Part shown: positions 12,521 through 24,269 of the stretch, piece by piece
Layout of the letters: the number at the start of each line of letters is the position of its first letter
Numbering within the stretch: the first letter of the stretch is position 1
NCBI GenBank assembly: GCA_964016885.1
Contig: OZ024741.1
Location: 113,894,001-113,958,000, forward strand
Source of the DNA: Eledone cirrhosa
Taxonomy: Eukaryota
DNA: 64,000 bases
Direction: 5' to 3'
Position numbers and translations under genes: made by a program
Notes under the pieces: model-generated
Database searches by the model: none
What the model saw: only the letters and a program-made list of their open reading frames with translations
Told to the model about the DNA's origin: nothing

Positions 12521-14290
12521 ACATCAAGAAACAATTGGACCTCATTACACAATTTTCAACCGACATCAAAATGAAATTTGGTGAGTCCAAGTGTGCATAT
12601 TTGGCAGTAAAACGTGGAAGAGCTGTGCCCTCCTCTAGAAATCTAGAGATGAACGGCCTGACAATACAACCTCTGCAGTCAGGTGACAACTACAGATATC
12701 TTGGACAGGATGAGAATGTCAGATATGATGGACCCATAAATAAGGAGAGAACCAGAACTGAATACCTCAGAAGAGTAAAGAAAATATGGTCATCAGAATT
12801 GTCAACGTACAACAAATACATTGCCCACAATACTTATGCTGTGCCAATTCTAACGCCAATTCTAACGCCAACATTTGGCCTGCTGAACTGGTCATTGCAA
12901 GAACTAAGTGAGATGGATGTTAGAACTCGAAAACTTCTCAGTGTTACTGGGAACTTTAACATCAATGGTGATGTGGATAGGCTATACTTCTCACGCAAGG
13001 AAGGTGGCCGGGGTCTAAAATCAATATTAACAACATATGAGACCCGGATAGTAACACTGAAGCAACACCTTCAACAGAGGAAAAGGGTTGGCAACCATCT
13101 TGCCCAGGTTTATGAGCATGAAAAAAGAAATATCATTAGAATAGCGACTGATCTGGAGGAGAGATATGGAATAAAGCCTGATATAAATCTCTCACCCAGA
13201 GAAATCGGAAGATCCTATTCAATGTTCAAACAAGATTTAAAAAATTGACCAATTTACAGAAAAGGTTGTGCATGGATACTTGAGGCGTAAAACTCAGACC
13301 ATAGAGGGGATAAACCACTCAAAAAGCCTGGCATGGAGTTCCGACAAGTTTATGACATCACACCTTGAGGGATATCTCTATGCAATACAGGAACAAGAAC
13401 TCCCTACCAAATATCTGCTGCACAAAAGAGGAGGGCCAGCAGCTGACAATAAATGTAGGCTATGTAAAACAAAGATCGAGGATGTAAGCCACATTTTTGC
13501 CAGCTGCGAAAGAATGTCATCTCGCTACTACCTCCCCACGAGACACGATGGGATAGCTAGAACCATCTGGAACGCACTTCGGAAAACAAAATTAACAACA
13601 AACGAAGAAGAATATATTGAGACAGATGGCACTAAGGAATACTGGTGGAACCTGAAAATAAAAACTGCCACCAAATTAAAGCACAACCGGCCTGATATTG
13701 TAGTTTTGGACCACACATTGAAAACGTGTTCTGTTGTGGAGATCAGCTGCCCACTTGATGTAAACGTTGTCAGAAAAATACAGGAGAAGGAGGACATCTA
13801 CGGACCATTGATGAGGAGTTTACAAATCCAGTATCCAAGATACACCTTTAACTTCATACCCATCATTATTGGTTGGCAGTATCGGTGGAGGGTCGGACAC
13901 CATGCTTTCCAGCATAGTTACGTCCCTTTACGATCTGAGTTCAAATCCCGCCGAGGTTGACTTTGCCTTTCATCCTTACGGGGTCGATAAAATAAAGTAC
14001 CAGTAATGCACTGGGTAATTGCTAGCCTTGTGCCTAAAGTAGAAACAAATATTGGTGCTACGGGTTATATACCAACCCGCTTGGACCAAAGTATGACTGA
14101 ACTTGGATTTGCGAACAAAAAGCGCAGCTCCCTAATTCATAGTCTACAAATGGCTGCGATAGCTGGCACCTTCAAAATTTGCAAAACATTCTTGCGATTC
14201 AAGGGATGACAATTTCTTTTCTTTTACAACCTTGCCACCAGGAAGGTGGCCGGTCAAAAAAATATACTCGAAATTAAGAGAAAGAGAAAA
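12521..14290 (+). mobile_element. 5'-truncated R4 copy 3 (with SINE insertion)
   Basis: same 5' junction as copy 2; more substitutions; ORF 13268-13960 lacks two of the lesions in copies 1 and 2. Confidence 0.93.
13873..14049 (+). mobile_element. SINE family A inserted into R4 copy 3
   Basis: B box gagttcaaatcc, body gcctttcatccttacggggtcgataaaataaagtacc; TSD tattgg; absent from R4 copies 1 and 2. Confidence 0.9.
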
Positions 14291-14373
14291 CATACATACA
14301 TACATACATACATACATACATACATACATACATACATACATACATACATACATACATACATACATACATACAT

Positions 14374-14659
14374 GGTGGCTGCCAACTCGTTTTCGAGTAC
14401 GGCCACTACTTTATATCCATGTAGGAGAACTCCTACCGTTGCGCTGAACGAGTGTGACTTTTTAGTCCAGCCAGCGACTTGAAAACTCTGGTACAAACAC
14501 TACACCTGTGACAATTATTGACACATAGTGCTGGGCCCATGGTACCATGTGACGACAAGTGCAGAGAGATCTCCAGATATAAAGCAATCCCTGTGCCGTG
14601 AAGCTTTTATAGTGAGCAAAGGCACTGCACAAAGCCAGTCCCACTCTCTTAACCAAGAT
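14374..14659 (-). mobile_element. element B copy 3, 5'-truncated
   Basis: matches the 3' half of B (9522-9808), joined directly to (CATA)n. Confidence 0.85.
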
Positions 14660-14686
14660 ACATACATACATACATACATACATACA

Positions 14687-14717
<31 letters not shown>

Positions 14718-14870
14718 GTGTGTGTGTATTCAGAAGAGATTGTTTTGGTAAAAACAGGAGTAAGCAGGAGAAAGCTCTCAACAATCGAAGTTTTTAGTTA
14801 CGATGGAGAATTTTATAAAAATGACAAAATAAGATGCTCAGGTTACATATATCGTTTAATCATTATAATT

Positions 14871-15219
14871 ATTTCCACGGTTCTCCATGTAATCGAGATG
14901 CATTTGCTGTTGTTATGAGAACGGTATCCTCAGATGTCACCCGATATGTTTGATATGTCACTGGAAGGAAAAAAACACACGTCCTATTGTGTGCCCAGCA
15001 GATATATCATGTGTATTTCAGATAGTTAAGGAAGAACTCATCAATTATTCATTTTTGTTTTGAACCGTTTCCGTTTCACATATATGTCTGCTGGGCACTC
15101 AAGCAATAGGACGTCTGTTTTTCCTTCCAGCGACATATCAAACATATCGGTATCATCTGAGGATACCGTTCTCATAACAACAACAAATGCATCTCGATTG
15201 CATGGAGAACCGTGGAAAT
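14871..15219. repeat. fold-back, ~135 bp arms, spacer copied from 5021-5092
   Basis: atttccacggttctccatg...cccagcaga mirrored by tctgctggg...catggagaaccgtggaaat. Confidence 0.92.
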
Positions 15220-15316
15220 TTAAACTATAATAAAGGAAGGTCTGCGGGACTGCGTACGGTTTTGTTTTTGTTTTATCCCGTTAGTAAAATAAGTTGGATT
15301 ACTTTGAATAAATAAT

Positions 15317-15488
15317 TGTTTCTATTTTAGACACAAGGCCAGCAATTACTCAGTACATTACTGGTACTTTATTTTATCGACCCCGTAAGGATGAAAGGCA
15401 GGATTTGAACTCAGATCATAAAGGGACGTAACTCTATGCTTCAAAGCATTGTGTCCGACTCTCTGCCGATACTGCCAATCCACTGCCC
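15317..15488 (-). mobile_element. SINE family A
   Basis: homology to 13873-14049; 18-bp TSD ttactttgaataaataat (15299-15316 / 15489-15506). Confidence 0.92.
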
Positions 15489-15921
15489 TTACTTTGAATA
15501 AATAATGAATGAATATTACATAATTTATCTACTAAATTTCGTAAACAAAAATAATTTCGTAAAAATAAATAATTTAAAATTGACTTCGTTTCAAAGTTGC
15601 ACTTCCGGTATATCGTTGCCACCACCACCACTTCAACTACCATATATATAGAAAGAGAGAGTGTATGATATCAACACTTCCGGTGGCGATCACTTAAATA
15701 AACATACCATTTTTCTGTCACTACTTTTCTCCTAATGCAGTTTATATATAATATCGTCTTTTTTTAATGTATCATGGATTACGTTACTGATTACATAAGG
15801 CAGTGTAACAACGTCTTCGTTCAATTTCTGTGTATATTGTCAATTACGGTTTTATTTGATGTATCATATCTACATGTATATATACTTGCGTATAATATCA
15901 ATATACACACTACACATGCTA

Positions 15922-16212
15922 TATATATATATAAATAAAAATATGTGGGTGTAACTATAGTTACAGGTAGTTAGTTGGTTAAAGCACTCAATGCTGTTAT
16001 GAGGTTCCGTCTTATGTATGGTTTATACTTCAGTGTATATATATACAAGTAAGCAGGGATATTACTTGTATTTACACTCTGCATGTTACAGTCACTTTAA
16101 CCCTGGAGTACACTGAAGTATAAACCATACATAAGATGGAACCTCATAACAGCATTGAGTGCTTTAACCAACTAACTACCTGTAATTATAGTTACAACTA
16201 CATATTTTTATT

Positions 16213-16224
<12 letters not shown>
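15922..16224. mobile_element. MITE-like fold-back (~105 bp inverted arms) in (TA)n
   Basis: taaataaaaatatgt..gtttatacttcagtgta mirrored with about 4 mismatches; TA repeats on both sides. Confidence 0.7.
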
Positions 16225-16244
<20 letters not shown>

Positions 16245-16339
16245 CTTGGGTGGGGGAGGTGTGTGGGTATTGGGGTGGTAGCTCTAGGGACGTGTGAGTG
16301 GGAGGTGTATGGAAGTAGGATGGAGGAGAAGGTGGTGCA

Positions 16340-16595
16340 TACTAGATGTACACTTCAAACTGTGCTCATGGGAAGGCAGTTCTTCTGTATTACTGCATAA
16401 TGCCAGAGATTTCAGTCCTGTGTCATTGCCTTTGAGAGGTGAAATTGTGCAAAGACAGCTTTTATTAGCTCATCCCAGGCCTTCCCACTTCATAGCTTCC
16501 GTCAACTTTGAGTGCTCTGCAACTTTCTATACAGCTGTCTTCCTTCATATGCATCACATGTCCATACCAATGCAATCTCCTCTCCTGCACACATA
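16340..16595 (-). mobile_element. RTE LINE 3' coding fragment
   Basis: QERRLHWYGHVMHMKEDS..GRP. Confidence 0.75.
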
Positions 16596-16694
16596 TATAT
16601 ATATGTATCCAACATCCAAAATCCAAGGCCTTCTCAGTCCTGTTCAAAAAACACCTCCCTACTTCTTCTTTGGAGTAACGTTATTTTCCAAATT

Positions 16695-16942
16695 GAGAGA
16701 TCACACCATGTGGATTACAATGTCTTAGGAAAGAATTGCTGGACAGATTTTTATGGGCAAAACCAACCGGCAGGAGATCCAAGGTTAGACCCTGAGCAAG
16801 ATAGTTGAATAACATCCATGAGCTTGGTTGGTCTTGCTTGGTGATCCAGCTAGATCAGTTGGAGATGGTTGCTTCTGAAGGACCCACTGAAAGGAGTGTT
16901 TCAGGACTCTCCCTCCACAATCCTCTCATGAAGAAGAAGAAG
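16695..16942 (+). mobile_element. decayed RTE-type 3' end (second family)
   Basis: HV..MS.ERIAGQILWAKPTGRR-like translation ending in (gaa)n; related fragment at 61270-61400 (-). Confidence 0.5.
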
Positions 16943-17571
16943 ATTGAATAGTATGCTTTGCAGTATTATTTGTTCCAGGTCTTTGCACTTCAAATCCTGA
17001 GTTCAAATTCTGCTGCAGTCAATAAAAGAGTACCCTTCCAATATTAATGTAGATTCCTCCTCTATATCGCTTTCTTACTTCCTCTCTCCCACTCTACCTC
17101 TGAAAGAAATCGGCTACATTCAGACTGGAAGCAGATAGGCTTTGCCAAGTTTAAAATGCCCTCAAAATGTAACGTTACAGGTTCATAAATACATCACATA
17201 CATAAGCATATCTTGCAAAACATGTGAAATGAATTTTGCCGTTAGGTTCTGAAAGGCACAGAAAGATCTTGAGATATGTGCTGATATGGATGAGATGCAT
17301 GAATATGTGTAGTCATCAATAATGTCACAGGTTATGATGAAAGTATTTTGACAAACCAATTCATCAATTTAATTATCTAATTGATTAAAAATCTGAAGTG
17401 ATATAACACCCAATACATGTTATTTTATTGGCAGTATGCACCCCACAAAGTAAAATATCTCTTTTAACACAAAATATCAAAGCAAGAATGTTGAAGTACA
17501 ACTACAAAAATTAAATATAAATAATATGTGTGTGTATGTATGTGGGTCTGTATATATATATATATATATAT

Positions 17572-17608
<37 letters not shown>

Positions 17609-17808
17609 CTTGTGTGTGTGCATATGTATATATAGTTATACATATTTCATGTACACAGTGTAATGAGAAGTAGAAATAATTGCTACTCAGAGTTTCTCCA
17701 ATATGGTTTTAGAAAGCCATAACTCACACAGCATATGAAATATTTCTATCTCTATAATAATTGTATTAAATAACTATAGTTATATGTAGCTTTATATTAA
17801 CACATACC

Positions 17809-17893
17809 TACATATAGATAGGAAGGAGGTTATTGTTATCTCCCTCTAATGACTAGAGGGAGACAGCAATAACCTACTTCCTGTCTATATGTA
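17809..17893. repeat. 85-nt hairpin (40 bp arms, 5 nt loop)
   Basis: tacatatagataggaaggaggttattgttatctccctcta / tagagggagacagcaataacctacttcctgtctatatgta, 4 mismatches. Confidence 0.85.
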
Positions 17894-18020
17894 TTTGAAC
17901 AAATAGTAACAATGAATAAAGTAATAATATCAGCCTAATGTACCTTCTTGGGATGAAAATACAGAGTACATGACATTAAGTAGCATTTATTTTTACCTTT
18001 TATTATACTGCATTCATATG

Positions 18021-18202
18021 CAGTGAAATTTGGTTATAACGAAATTCACAGGGTATAAAAAGATATTTGTTGTAATGAAAAATTCATTATAACAAGATCG
18101 ACCTAACACATATATCATGTGACCAGGACCAGGAATTGAAAAAAATGTTGTTATACTGAAAAATTTGTTATAATGGTATTCGTTATAACAGAATTTTACC
18201 TG
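18021..18202. mobile_element. pogo/Tigger-type (Tc1/mariner) MITE
   Basis: imperfect TIRs cagtgaaatttggttataacgaa / ttcgttataacagaattttacctg, TA at right flank, internal ttataac subrepeats. Confidence 0.7.
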
Positions 18203-18324
18203 TATATACATATATATACATACCTGTATATACATACATATATATATACATACATAGCCAGGTTTCGATAGCCCCCAGTATTTTAGCATAGCTACAGCTT
18301 TCTAAATGTTTATTTATAAACATA

Positions 18325-21300
18325 TCACATCATCATCATTTTACATCCTCTTTTCTCTGCTTGCAAGGGTGGGATGGGTCTTATTCAGCACAGCATCTCT
18401 CCACTTCTCACGGTCCTTCGCAATCTCCACCGTGAGCTTCAGCAATCTGAGGTCTGTTCTCACCACCTCCGCCCATGTTTTTCGGGGCCTACCTCTACCA
18501 CGTCTTCCTTCAACTGGCATTTCCTGGTACTTCTTCACCCATCAGTAATCCTCCATGCGCATCACATGTCCATACCACTGCAGTCTCTTCTCTCGCACAC
18601 TACATTCTATCCCTTTCAGACACAGTTTCTCTCTCAACACATTCATGCTTGACCATTCACGCACATTGACATTGCACATCCAACGGAGCATGGTTGCCTC
18701 ATTTCTCTCCAGCTGTCGCATATCCTCTGCAGTCGCTGCCCATGTCTTACTACCATGCAGCATCGTGCTCCTCACACAGGCATCATATAACCGGCCTTTC
18801 GTATGCAGGGAGAAACCCCTCGTCAGCAGAGGAAGCAGCTCCCTAAACTTCTTTCAACCTGTCCTTATTCTAGATACTATGGCCACAGAACACCCCCACT
18901 CCCATGCTAATCTGATCTCCTAGGTACCGGAAGCTATCAACCAGTTCTATAGCACCCACCTGCATTTGGAAAATGTGTCTATCAATGCGACTTCTACTGT
19001 CTAATTTCGCTGTACATCTACTGCATACATATTTCTCCCTACCTGTTAGTTTGCCTGCTATCCTGCTACATATCTTGTTTACCCAGGATCTGCATTGTGT
19101 GCATTTTATAGAATTTATGCCAGTTCCTTTTCTGCATATCAAACATGGCCATTTCCCTGACAGAATCGGAGTATTGTCCTCTTTTCTACTCATCAACACC
19201 TTTGTCTTAGCTAGGTTCACTCTCAGTCCTCTTGCTTCCAACTGCTGTTTCCATAGCCAGAATTTATTCTCTAGCTCCTCTACTGATTTTGCTATAAGAA
19301 CCAGATCGTCAGCATAGAGAAGTTCCCATGGAACTCCTCTGTTATGGCTTGGAGGACTATAATGAACAAGAGCGGGCTGAGGACCGAACCCTGATGTACT
19401 CCTACTTGTATCTGGAATTCCTCACTAAACTCTATTCCTACCCTGACTTGACTGAGAGTACCTCTGTACTAAGTTTGCACTATACTCACAAGCCATTCCT
19501 CAACACCCAGCTTCCTTAGGGACCATCAGATGACCGATCAGGGTACCCTATCAAAGGCCTTCTCTAGGTCAACAAAAGCTAAGTATAGTGACTTATTCTT
19601 CTCTAAGAATCTCTCTTGTAATGGTCTCACCAAGAAGAGGGCAACTGTTGTACCTTTCCCAGGCACAAAACCAAATTGCATCTCATCTAGTTTGACCCTT
19701 TCTCTAATTAGTTGTGCTAATATCCTTTCTGCCACTTTCATAACCTGATCCATCAGTTTTATACCTCTATAATTGCTCCTCTCCAGAGCATCCCCTTTAC
19801 TTTTGTAGCAATTTATGAGAATACTGCTGCACCATTCTTTGGATATGACACCGCCATATATAGCCTGATTGATGATGCATGCAACCAGTTTCGTGCCTAC
19901 GTCCTCTGATGCCTTCAGCATCTCAGCAACTATCTCCGACGGTCCAGCGGCCTTACCATTTTTTAATCGCCTCTTGGACTCTATATTCGTCAATCTCAAT
20001 AGCTGGTCCCTCTGTCGGATCTACTGAGGGTAATTTCTCTCTCTCCCCATTCATCAGTCTCTTATAATGACATTTCCAGGCCTCCTTTTTCTGATCATTC
20101 ATGACACTAAGTACACCAGCATCATTCTGGACATATTTATCTCCAACAGCATCCTTATTTGCATTGACACACTGCTTTGCAATGTGGAACACCGCACATC
20201 TCTGATCTTTCCGCACGTCTCTGATCTTTCCGTCGCAGAACATTGGAAAACCTCCTACTCTCAGCCTCCCTGCGTGCTACGTACACCTGATGTCTAGCTT
20301 ATCTTTTAGTGGCTGTATATCCTTCTCTACTCCAACCCTTTTTCCAAGCCTTCCATGCTAGTCTGTTGTCTCTAATGGCCCTATCTACCATGATGCTCCA
20401 CCACCAGGTCAGTCTCTGTCTGGTTGGAGCTCTGCTCCAGCCACAAGTTTCATCAGTAGTCTGCAGTAAGTTGTCATATAAGAAATTCCAGTTATGATCT
20501 ATGTCATATGACTCTAAATCATCTTCTTTTTCGTCATACACATCTTGAAGAGCTTTCCTAAATTTGTATTTTAGTGAAAGGTCTTTTAGCTTCCAGACCT
20601 TTCTTCTCCACACCTTCCTGCATGTCTCATTCCGTCTCTTGCTTACTGAGATATCACTAACAACTAACCTATGTTGTGGGGTACAATCTTCCCCATGTTA
20701 TGCCTTGGTATTTGACACCATCTGCCTGTCCCACTGCCTAACTAGTAAGAAGTCAATCTGGCTTATGTGCTCGCCTGATTTGTAGGTTATTAGGTGGTTG
20801 GCAGGTTTCTGTAAGTTAGTGTTGCAAATGGTCAGTGTACTTGCATCACAAAATTCAAGAAGTCTCAATCCTTCTTCATTTTTTGAGCCGTAACCATGCC
20901 CACCATGTACCCCAGTGTAACCATCCTGGAGCTGTCCAACATGACCATTGAAGTCCCCTGCTAGCATAACGATGTCTCCGTCCTGTGTCATTGCGGCTGT
21001 TTGTAAATGTTGCTTGTAAAAGCAGTCATTCTCTTCTTTACCTAGGCCTGCTTGGGGAGCATAGGCAGAGATGATTGTCAGTAGTCTCCTGCCTACAACT
21101 AATCTAAGCTTAATTATTCTATTATTAACTCGAACTATCTCTATTGTGTTATTGATCTATCTTTCAGCCAGGAAAATGCCTACTCCCCTTAACCCATCAT
21201 CCTTACCTACCCAGAAAAGCTTATAACTAAGATGTTTGCCTGCGATTAGTCTCGCAGAGGCACCTCTCCATCTCACATCTTGCACGCAGCACACATCCAC

Positions 21301-21700
21301 ATGCCTTCTCTCCAGCATCTCCACTATTTCACCAGATCTACCTGTGAGAGTGTCAACATTAAGTGCTGCAACTCTGAGATACGACGTCTTCATATTTTTG
21401 TTGTTCTTTTTCCTGTTGTGCGATTGCTTGAAGACGGTCAAGGGGTTCTCGCACATGGTCGCACCAGCCACCCCACTACTGCGCGCAGCCCTAACATGGT
21501 TAGTGCTATTGCTGTTTACGTAGTTATTGCGATATATATTTGTTGTTGTGCTCATAATTGTTTTTGCATTAATACACTGGTTGGATACCCTTTCTAACAC
21601 CAGTGCCACTTCACAGCATGGACTGGGTGCTTTTATTCGTGCCACCAGCAGTAGAGAGGATGTCTTACTGGACTCATGGGCCTTTACTATCCCTCCATTT
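18325..21700 (-). mobile_element. near full-length decayed RTE LINE (APE + RT)
   Basis: APE: LNVDTL..VQDVRW, GDFNGHVG, SQIDFLL; RT: NYRGIKL, FVDLEKAFDRVP, LYADD (ctctatgctgacgat on -); WYGHVMR..GRPRKTW; (GAT)n tail; 5'UTR motif at 21581-21646. Confidence 0.92.
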
Positions 21701-21764
21701 TACATCATGGTCATAACAATATTAACAATAACAATAACATTAGTTATTAATTAATGCAATAGTG

Positions 21765-22000
21765 CAATGCCTGTGAGTGAAGAATATTTTTAAAGTGCGG
21801 AAAGACTGTGCACTGAGCCAATTCCACTCTCTGAGCGACAGTAGCTATAACCCAAAAGAAGAAAAGATCAACATCATTGGTAACTACTGAGCTGCAGGTT
21901 TTGTGTTGGAGTTAACCCAGTTTCCTGAGATGCCCTCTCCTAGAAGAATGCTCTGACAAGGGGTAGGGGCCCTTCACTCCCAGTGGTTTAACTGCGCGAT
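21765..22000 (-). mobile_element. diverged relative of element B 5' half (RTE 5'UTR-type)
   Basis: collinear similarity to 9735-9935 (atgcctgtg, ccactctct, tcaacatcattgg, tgcaggt, tctcctagaa, tgacaa). Confidence 0.6.
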
Positions 22001-22212
22001 CGGGTATCCAGCCTGATTATTTCTATGTCCCTGCACAAAGAAAAAAAAAGGAAAAAAAATATATCTTTATATATATATATATATATCTATATAAATACAA
22101 AATTACATATATATATCTTTATAAATACGAAATTACAATAGATATCTGTATACAGCTATGCTTGAAGCGAAATTCTAATTCTGTATATACATATATATAT
22201 GTACATATATAT

Positions 22213-22945
22213 ATCATCATCATCATCATCATCACCGTTTTACGTCCGTTCTTCCACGCTAGCATGGGTTAGACGGGTTGTCCTGTTGTGGGCAGTGTCT
22301 GGTCGGCTGACCATGCCTTGCTCATACAGGAACTGATTTGGCTTGATTTCTACAGCTGGATGCCCTTCCTAACACCAACCTCATTTACAGTGAGTGCTGG
22401 GTGCTTTTTCGTGGCGCCTACACGTCCACTTTACAGTGTGGGCTGGGTGCTTTTTTGCCGTGGCACCTCCACGACCACCTTGCGGTGGGGGCATATTGTC
22501 TATATGCTTCAGCTTGTACCCATGGGAGGTCAGGTACTCTGTATTACTGCGTGACGCCAGAAGTCACGGTTGTGTGTCATTGCCTTTGAGAGGTGTAATT
22601 GGGTAAGGTCGGCTTTTATCACCTCATCCCAGGTCATCTTGGGTCTCCCCTCTCCGCGGTTTCCATCAACTTCTAGTGCTCTGCACCTTTTTATGCAGCT
22701 GTCATCCTTCATACGCATCACATGTCCATACCAGCGCAACCGCCTCTCCTGCACACAGCATTTGATTCCTCTTATGCTCAGTCTCTCTCTCAATTCATTT
22801 ATGCTTTGTCGTTCACGTATATTACTGTTACACATCCATCGGAGCATGCAGGCTTCGTTTCTTTCTAATCTACGTAAGTCTTCCACCTTCAGCGCCCAGG
22901 TATCACTACCATGCAACATTGCTGTTCAGATACACGATCATACAG
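22213..22945 (-). mobile_element. 5'-truncated RTE with composite 3' UTR
   Basis: ORF 22530-22919 (MLHGSDTW..WYGHVMR..GRPKMTW), then aagcacccag..gttggtgttaggaagggcatcc module and (GAT)n. Confidence 0.88.
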
Positions 22946-23489
22946 TCTGTATATATATATATATATATATATATAAATGTGTGTGTGTGTGTGTGCATAT
23001 ATATAACTTGTACCTATGTTTCTTGCACATGAGAAGTCAAGGGGAGGCTCCTTGCACGCAGCATACATCTACATAAGCATCTCAACAACTTCTCCAGATC
23101 ATTGATTGTGGTAGCTTGAAAGTGTTTAATCTGATATGGTGGTAACATGTAGATGTAAACCTTCTGCACTTGGAGAGAAAGCCTTTGTAATCATTTACCA
23201 GCAGATAGAGGGGACTTACTCATGGTCAGATGTTACTGTTTGAAGACTATTGCAAATTCCTAGTCAAAGAAATAAACTATCTTGGCCAGAGAGAGAAAAT
23301 AAATAAAAATAAATTGTGGGCTGCTTCCTCGTTAGAAAATATGTTCCAGCAGAGGCTATTGAGTAATGCATACTCTTCAGCTTCACCCAATACCAGATAG
23401 GCCTATAGCCTGTCAGTCCAGAAGTTCCTCTAAGGCCTGTTTGTTTTTGTTTGTAGATTTATTTTCTATCACTGTCTTGCTAGGCGTGT

Positions 23490-23665
23490 TACAACTAATG
23501 CTACCATTGTTGTCCAAGGGAAAGGCAAAGGCTGATACAGCTTGGTACCAATGATATCACAACTCATTTCTACAGCTGAGTGAACTGGAGCAACATGATA
23601 GGACACAATGCATCACCCATTCACAATTGTGAATCCAACTTTCTAATCACTAAGCCACATGCTTT
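23490..23665 (-). mobile_element. SINE (family C), decayed
   Basis: caactcatttctacagctgagtgaactggagc body shared with 36990-37215 and 54899-55274. Confidence 0.65.
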
Positions 23666-24269
23666 TACAGTAAAGCATACCTCAATCTAAATTCAAATAT
23701 TCAAATATTTTATTGGAGAAATAATAGCTAGATGTTTTATAACAACATAAAAGATAATATAAAACAGAAAATAGAAGATAGCTAACAATGGTGATTAAAT
23801 TCAACTGGGTTTAGCTAATATGAAGAAGCAAGACATTGTGAATTATAAAATCAGCCACAAGCAAAGACTGTTACTTGTCTGTGTTCATAGCAATATAAAT
23901 GTGTTTTCATTCCAGCAAGACGTAATGAATGGATAGTAGTTAGTAGAGAGTGTAAATTTACGTCAGAAGTACGTCACATGGGGTTTTAAAATGATAGATT
24001 GTTCTATTTAAATATTAAAAATATGATTTTACATGACAAAATATTGGGGAAACAGTACCATTAGGATGATTTACAACTTGTTAAAGGAAATAGAAAAATA
24101 GAAACAAAACATACATACATTTACATATTCATACATACTCATACATACATATATATACATTTATATATAAACACATACAAACATATATGTACATACATAC
24201 ATATATGTACATACATACATATATATTTACATAAAAATATACATACATACATCCTCCGACAACATTTAC

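Noticed and set aside
9470-14715. CRISPR-like repeat/spacer appearance of (CATA)n-separated units
   Set aside because: The repeats are variable-length microsatellites, the 'spacers' are retroelements, there are no cas genes and the context is eukaryotic.
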